Shown one piece after another: positions 57,201 to 64,000 of a DNA stretch of 64,000 bases; the first letter of the stretch is position 1, and each line of letters starts with the position of its first letter. The translations under genes were made by a program, and so were the position numbers. The DNA is taken from the NCBI GenBank assembly GCA_964234715.1, contig OZ174275.1, one strand, 5' to 3'. Origin of the DNA: Podarcis melisellensis (Eukaryota). Under the pieces are notes generated by a model that saw only the letters and a list, made by a program, of their open reading frames with translations, had not been told where the DNA came from and did not search any database.

Positions 57201-60200
57201 GATGAAGGTCGGCTTTCTTTGGAACAAATGTTATGGAGTAAAACAAGAAGAGTCTCAATGGCTCCAACTTATGCTTGAAGTCTTAATTGTAGTAGTACTT
57301 CTATTGAAGTGCATTTTGAATAGTAAATAACAACTTTATTACTATTAATATTAAATAGCAAATCACAGTGTCTGAACTAAATTTTGAAGGAAGGTAATCT
57401 GAAAAACAGAGAGAGTCAAAATAAAAACTGACAAATCACCCAGCCCAGACAACATCCACCCAAGAGTTCTTAAAGCACGTAAATGTAAAATTGCTGAACA
57501 AAAATATGTAAATTGTCTCTCAGATCAGCCTCCATACCCAAGGACTGGAAAGTGGCCAGTGTAACCCTAATTGTTTTTAAAGGAATCCTGGAAAATAAAT
57601 GCTGTTTAGTTTAACATCTGATCTCTCCCAGGAAAACTGGTGGAAAGTATTGTTAAAGATTAGATCGGCAAAGCTTGTTCTTCTGTATTCTTGCTTTAGC
57701 AGATCCAGCATTACTTCTGCAAAGGCAAGTCCTGTCTCACCAACCAATTAGAATTCTTTGAGAGTGTCAGCAACCATATACATAGAGGTTGACACAGTGT
57801 ACAGTGGTGCCCCACAAGACGAATGCCTCGCAAGACGGAAAACCCGCTAGACGAAAGGGTTTTCCGTTTTGGAGGTGCTTCGCAAAACGAATTTCCTATG
57901 GGCTTGCTTTGCAAGACGAAAATGTCTTGCGAGTTCCTGCGGGGTTTTTCCCCTCCCCCCCTTTTCCCCAAGCCGCTAAGCCGCTAAACAGCTGATCCGC
58001 TAAGCCGCTTATCAGCTGATCTGCTAAGCCACTTATCAGCTGATCCGCTAAGCCGCTAATGGGCTTGCTTCGCAAGACGAAAAAACCGCAAGACGAAGAG
58101 ACTCGCAGACCGGATTCTTTTCGTCTTGAGAGACACCACTGTATTCAGACTTTAAAAAAAAAAGCTTTCAACAAAGTACCTCACCCAAGACTCTTGTTCA
58201 TCTTAGCAGTCATGGAGTAAAAAGAGAGATTTTCTTCTAGATCAGGAAATGGTTATGTATGTAGCAGGATAACATCCTGTTGTGTACAGGATGTGTTGCT
58301 TTCCACATCAGCAGCTCTTTGCCCCACTTACCTGTCAGCATAATGTTTTCCAAATGTAAAAATGTGAACCTCATAAGAGACAAGCATTTGCAGGTTGATA
58401 ATAACGAAGAGCAAATTACCGGTATATATGTGCATGCATGCATACAAACATACATACATACAAAGAGAGTCTAGCTGCAACTAAGCACTGTACAAAAAGG
58501 TGTGTTTAAAAAACACCAATATTAAATATTCTTACTTTCAGGATTTTCAACAACCTTCCAGGGCACCAATACAAAGGAGTCGGTCTTTGAATTACCTTTC
58601 ATCCCTCTCCTCCAACACACTTCCAATATATATCACAGATGCAGTGAGAAAGAGACAGTCTGCTATTAAGTGAGTAACTTACTCATTTAATTAAAGTATG
58701 AATAAGTGCAAAGGTGGAACATCCTGATCCAGACAATGCCTTCAAAACCTTGTAATATAACCCTGCCTGCCCCGCATGGCAGGTGGAGGCCACCTATACT
58801 TTTGGATACCCCCCTGAACAAAATTCCCCAAAGCCTGCTAAAATTCAGAGTTAAGAGAGTACCACATATACTTTGAACAATATTGTTTTAACTTGGAGAG
58901 CCAGGGTGGTGTAGTGGTTAAGAGCGGTAGTCTTGTAATCTGGGGAACTGGGTTCGCATCTCCGCTCCTCCACATGCAGCTGCTGGGTGACCTTGGGCCA
59001 GTCACACTTCTCTGAAGTCTCTCAGCCCCCTCACCTCACAGAGTGTTTGTTGTGGGGGAGGAAGGGAAAGGAGAATGTTAGCCGCTTTGAGACTCCTTAA
59101 AGGGAGTGAAAGGTGGGATATCAAATCCAAACTCTTCTTCTTGGATATATGAACTGGCTTTGTATAAGTTTTGTTTTGGAAACCTTAATGATTTTATTTT
59201 GAAAAGATCATATCCCATTATCTGCATATATATTTGTAGACGCCTTCAAGAGGATAAAAAATACAAGGAAAATGAAGGAGCTCGTTGGGCAGAGTTGCAG
59301 AGAAAGAGAGGTCAAGCTATGCATAAGTCTCTGAATTGCCGAGCAAAAGCTTTGGATCCCCATAGAAGCTTGGAGGAAACACACAGAGAAAAGCTGAAGC
59401 AAAACTGGTCAGTATGCTAATTGGCTTTGGTAGCGTACTATTGAAGCAAAATCATTTTAGTTGGAATTACTTATAGCTCAGTATAAGAAATGGGTTTGGG
59501 CTTCAAGTGTTCATGGCCAACAGGCAGCAGTCGTATTATTTATTTACACTTCATGCTTATCTCAGCACTATCCTTAGATATAATTGGTAACAGAGCCCCA
59601 TAATTTGAAAAATAATATATTGTAATAGAAAGGGGATTCAGATTTGGATCTAAAAGGCTTTCCCAAAAAAGCAACATCTCATTACTGTGCCCCTCTTCTC
59701 TGCCTGACNNNNNNNNNNNNNNNNNNNNNNNNNNNNNNNNNNNNNNNNNNNNNNNNNNNNNNNNNNNNNNNNNNNNNNNNNNNNNNNNNNNNNNNNNNNN
59801 NNNNNNNNNNNNNNNNNNNNNNNNNNNNNNNNNNNNNNNNNNNNNNNNNNNNNNNNNNNNNNNNNNNNNNNNNTGGATGAGCACTAATAAATTGTAACTG
59901 AATCCTGACAAGACAGAGATCCTGTGGGTGGGAGTTTTTCAGTTTTGGGAATTTGAATTTGTACCCATTCTGGAGGTAGAGCATCATTTGAGGGTGCTGC
60001 TAGATCAATCACTGATGCTAGAAGCCCAGTTGGCTCTGAGCACCCATTACCAACTTTGGTTGGTGCCAGGGAGCATAGGTGCCCAGATGTTCTTCTGCAC
60101 CCACATAGCAGATCTATATGTAGCCTGTTTCTGTGGAGAGATTCCTTTATCTAAATGATACCCGATAATTAAAAGTGCAGCACAGAGTAACTGAAGATGA

Positions 60201-62174
60201 TGCATAGTACGGAAACCTTTTGTTTCAGGCAAAATGACCGAAAAAGAACACAAGAGTATAAAAAGGAACTAGAAGAGATGAAGTTGCGAGTGAAAAACAG
60301 ACCATATATGTTTGAACAGGTCACAAAGGTAACTATTTTGGTATGAGGAAACTGTCAAGGTTTAGAGGATCAAGCAGTAAATACCAGCAGGCTGTAGCAG
60401 GGAGTCAATACAATATTCAAGTAACCTCTTTGCCATTCTGGAAATCTGAAGGGTAAAAAAAAACTTCATGGGAAAAAGAGTTTGATAGGGAACAAAATTT
60501 AGTTATTGACCAGCTGTAATGATAGAGAAACTACTGTACACTAAATAGGAAAATATTGTTTTCAAAATAAACTGAGGTATATGATTGAATATAATGGTCT
60601 TCAAAGAATTCGCAGACATTTAAAAATATAACTGCTTCTTCCATATTGAGAGAAATATCCAATTACTTTTCTAGTTTAGAGTGATCGCCTGGAATAACTA
60701 AGTATTCATGAAAGGAAGAGGGCCTATTAAACCGCCTGTCTTCTGAATCCCACAGCAAGGTGCCCGTCAGGGGGCAGAGAGGCTTTTTCGAGACACCTTG
60801 CAGCAGTTTGGGTTGAATGAAGAATTTGTGAAAAGCAAAGGAGGAGACACCACTGACCTAGTAGGGAAGGAGCAGTCTGAATCACAAAGGTATTTAAAGA
60901 ACAGAAAATCACCTGTAGCTTCGTAAAAAATAGCCTTCTGCATTCACCTATTAGATATAAGGGCATACATTTATGCTGAGAAGGAAAGAAATTTGCACTT
61001 AACAAGCCATGGAGTTGTCAGTGAGCTACCAGACCCAATTCAAGATGAACTGGCTTGGGACCTAATTACAGTGGTACCTCGCAAGACGAATGCCTCGCAA
61101 GACGAAAAACACGCAAGACGAAAGGGTTTTTCGCTTTTTGCGTTGCTTCGCAAGACGATTTTCCCTATGGGCTTGCTTCGCAAGACGAAAACGTCTTGCG
61201 AGTTTGTTTTCTTTTTCTTAAAGCCGCTAATACCCAGCGAATCTGCGCTCCGCAAGACGAAAAAATCGCTAGACGACACAACTCGCGGAACAAATTAATT
61301 TGGTCTTGTGAGGCACCACTGTACTTGAAAGAATCTTCCCAAATAGGAAACTACCTCTGTTTGGCAGGTGAGGCCTTGTTGGTGATGGTGCCGCTGGGGG
61401 CTCCCCAGCTCGCAGTTCCATGTGACAGGGCCTCTTCAGCAGGAGTTCCCCATTCATAGATCCTTCCTGGTGAGGCAGCACTGCTGACTTGGGCCCCACA
61501 CTGTCATAAAGGCGAGGGGCCCACTGCATCCCAGAAGCACGTCCATGGCTGCAATGTGCCCCAACAGAGGCCTCACGGCAGAGGCACAGGCCCCGGCCCA
61601 GTTGCCGCCAGAAGTAAGGCACCAGCCGGCAGAAGCCAGGCCCCAGGACCCTGGAGTTGGTGCCCCCGTTGTGTGGTGTGTCGCCCCTCATCATTGACTT
61701 TCAGGATTTTTAAAACATTCCTGTTTACTCAAGTCATTTGATGGCTGGGGGAAAAAAACACCTGTTCCTGGAAACCCTGAGATCACTGGTTGAAAGAATG
61801 TTTTTAGAATTTTAAAATTGTTTCATTATTGATGTGTTTAGCCACCCTGGACTCAGAATATATACTGAAATAATAATAAAAGTCCCTGCTCACAGACTGG
61901 ATTTAGGCTCGTCACACTGCCTAAAGTATCTCACAGTTCTTGTGAGGATGAAATATGGAAAACAGTATATAGGATGTTCGGAACTCCTTAGAAGTAGAGT
62001 AGGATACAGATGTGAACTTTGCAACTATGACCACCACTTCCAGTGATTTTATAGCGTGAAATTTTGAAATCACAATTTTTAATCAACAGGACTCATAAGT
62101 CGCAGAGGAATACCAAAGCTGGCATTATACAAGAACTAGCTGAAGAGGGGCAAAGAATACTACAAACAAAGTAG
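53773..62174 (+). CDS. FAM161B: FAM161B (UPF0564 family, centrosomal/ciliary), ~623 aa, 9 exons
   Basis: Exons 53773-53844 (MTVSEPQGAAGGAE), 54662-54972, 55206-55750, 56752-57080, 58542-58669, 59240-59407, 60229-60328, 60756-60889, 62090-62174 (last exon less certain); in frame. Motifs ITVPQPFNMTLRE, QFRAQPVPAHIYLPLYQEI, EAELLRKIRIQMRA, RAKALDPH, RPYMFEQV. Confidence 0.92.
53871..53913. promoter_or_regulatory. Tandem RFX X-boxes in FAM161B intron 1
   Basis: GTTACCATGGCAAC (53871-53884) and GTTGCCATGGCTGC (53900-53913). Confidence 0.8.
54205..54560 (-). mobile_element. L2-clade LINE 3' fragment with TAA-repeat tail
   Basis: VYLKERLQPHRSARTLRSS..RAFLVVAPALWNALP; same family as 4005-4530. Confidence 0.8.
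57410..58260 (+). mobile_element. Degenerate CR1 RT fragment interrupted by a MITE
   Basis: Remnants of PDNIHPRVLK, DWKVASVTL, PGKLVES, KGKSCLTNQLEFFE, VDTVY|SDF..AFNKVPH. Confidence 0.75.
57802..58141 (+). mobile_element. Tc1/mariner MITE nested in CR1
   Basis: TIRs CAGTGGTG..CAAGACGAA / TTCGTCTTG..CACCACTG, TA TSD; internal 24-bp tandem repeat. Confidence 0.85.
58895..59142 (+). mobile_element. tRNA-derived SINE (Squam3-like)
   Basis: A box TGGTGTAGTGG, B-box-like GGTTCGCATCT, core tgggtgaccttgggccagtcac, (CTT)n tail. Confidence 0.75.
59709..59873. other. Assembly gap (N run)
   Basis: Run of N in a FAM161B intron. Confidence 1.
59874..60075 (+). mobile_element. Old L2 RT fragment
   Basis: Translates to WMSTNKL*LNPDKTEILWV, matching the L2-type WMxxNKLKLNPDKTE motif. 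Confidence 0.6.
61069..61321 (+). mobile_element. Tc1/mariner MITE
   Basis: TIRs CAGTGGTACCTCGCAAGACGAA / GTCTTGTGAGGCACCACTG, TA TSD. Confidence 0.85.
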
Positions 62175-62391
62175 GAACCCAATGGAAGTCTTCAGGTGCC
62201 TAAAGCTCATTCCCCCCCCCCCTTTTAATCAAATGTCATTAGATCAGGGTTAGGCAACTTCTTCAGCACGAAGAACTGAAGCTAACATGCTTTTATATAA
62301 AAAATTGTAATCATAATGTATACTAGATTATAGATAACAAATGTTTTACACTTCTTTAGGCAATCTCAAAAGATTTGGCACCATCCCTCTA

Positions 62392-62617
62392 CAGTGGTAC
62401 CTTGGGTTACATACGCTTCAGGTTACAGACTCTGCTAACCCAGAAATAGTACCTCGGGTTAAGAACTTTGCTTCAGGATGAGAACAGAAATCGAGTGGCG
62501 GCGGCGTGGCAGCAGCAGGAGGCCCCATTAGCTAAAGTGGTGCTTCAGGTTAAGAACAGTTTCAGGTTAAGAACGGACCTCCGGAACAAATTAAGTACTT
62601 AACCAGAGGTACCACTG
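62392..62617 (+). mobile_element. Tc1/mariner MITE (second family), probably in the FAM161B 3'UTR
   Basis: TIRs CAGTGGTACCT.GGGTTA / TAACCAGAGGTACCACTG, TA TSD; repeated CAGGTTAAGAAC motif. Confidence 0.8.
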
Positions 62618-64000
62618 TACTTGGGTGGGTGGAAGTGGGGAGGTATGTGCATATGCCGCCTGCTGTGCTGACACAGATCTTGGAAGCATCATCCTGTTTG
62701 GACGTTTCATGCTAATGGTACCCATACAGATTCTGCACTAACTTAAATTGAAAAGTACCATACTAATGTTTTAAATGTTTATGCCTCTCAGGTTCAGGGA
62801 GCTGTACAATGGAATTGCTATGGTAGATGTTTTTAGCCAGTTTCGTTTCTACAAACAGGTTGGCAACAAGGAGTTTTTAGATTTCCCTTCAGTAACTCAT
62901 TTGCACTATTTTTTTAAACAAAAGATGGCCAGAGGATCTATGCTAAATCCTCTTCTCCATCCCTTGGCCATGCAAGGCTAATAAAATTATATTTCCCCTA
63001 GCAACCTAGATTTCTTAATGTTACAAGTTCACTGAGATTTACAGTCCAAGATGCCATTATGATTCTGTGCTGGCTTACTTGGAAGTAAGTCCCATTGAGG
63101 ATAAATGTGCTACAGATAAATGTACTTAGGGAGTAAACTGAAGTGCCTGTGCTCCAAAAGCAGTGGTATATTAGTCTAGTAGCAACTACTGAAAAGCATG
63201 ATGAGTTGTTATTCCATCTGAACGTTTAGTAAAAATTAACTCTATTTTCAAAAACATGAATAAAATCATTAAACCCAAGATTCATAGAATTTAAAGTAAC
63301 ATTTAAAGTTACTTTATTCATTGAGGACAGGTTGCGGGGGGGGGGGACCTTTCTGACTCCATGGGCCAGATTCTTACCAAGATCTGCCTTGCAGGCCAAA
63401 ATTGACGTGAGTGGAGCCACCCACTTCTCTTGCACACTGATCTCAGAGGCACAAAAAAGAAGTGGCAGGAGATTTGCAAAGCCTTTTCCAATTCCCAGAG
63501 GGTTGGGGATGTAAAGTGGGTGGGGAGACTTGCAAAAAGATTTAAGACAGCCTCTGCACTCCCTTTGGAGCAAATAGGAGCACAGGAGCTGCCTTTAAAC
63601 CCTTTGCAAAAGCTACTTTGAAACAGCTTGCAAGTACATGTGAGCTGCTTCAAAAAGTGCTTTTGCACATGACTTTTAATCCCTGCTCAGTTAATATTTT
63701 TTGTGCTGTGCTGTATTCTTGTTCTAATGGTCTATAATTGTTTTTTAAATATTTAAGCTGCCCATAGAACTTTGAGTGGCACAAATACTGTATTTATTAT
63801 GCTCTGTCTGATTTATGCATTTTCCTATTTTACAAGTAGAACTGTCTGAAGTAAATTAAAGCTTATTCTATAATAAATGTGCTTGACCTTAAAGGCATTA
63901 CAAGATTAATTGTTTTCACCTTTTTATATGTTCACAAAAATATATGGCCTTTAAAATATAATGTAGAAACATGATCTTCCCCCACCCCCACCCCGCCCAA

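Noticed and set aside
57802-58141. Regularly recurring CGCAAGACGAA motif resembling a CRISPR-like array
   Set aside because: Irregular spacing, bounded by TIRs and a TA TSD in a vertebrate intron; it is a MITE.
58895-58975. tRNA-like sequence (also the heads of the SINEs at 25530 and 29322)
   Set aside because: Continues into a SINE body and tail and lacks a complete cloverleaf; not a tRNA gene.
63226-64000. Possible ZNF410 terminal exon expected by synteny
   Set aside because: No recognisable ZNF410 coding sequence within the window; the ORFs here have no motifs.

Overview
Vertebrate genomic DNA, about 40% GC with two CpG islands. The repeat content (Sauria SINE, a Squam3-like SINE, CR1/L2, Penelope-like elements) points to a squamate, probably a lacertid lizard. 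The window holds the block syntenic to human 14q24.3. In order: ALDH6A1 (last 2 exons, +), BBOF1/CCDC176 (11 coding exons, -), ENTPD5 (13 coding exons, +, including one GC-AG intron), COQ6 (12 exons, -) and FAM161B (9 exons, +). All exon chains were reconstructed by hand and stay in frame. BBOF1/ENTPD5 and COQ6/FAM161B share short bidirectional CpG promoters carrying RFX X-boxes. COQ6 intron 3 contains a young ~7.15 kb L1 with a perfect 16-bp TSD and an intact ORF2. Its 5' region is unusual and its long inter-ORF spacer contains a third ORF. The most notable non-coding signal is a set of Penelope-like element remnants carrying minimal type I hammerhead ribozyme cores. Two are intact (one sense in an ENTPD5 intron, one capping a long hairpin) and others are degenerate. 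There are also many hAT and Tc1/mariner MITEs, SINEs, CR1/L2 fragments and two assembly gaps.
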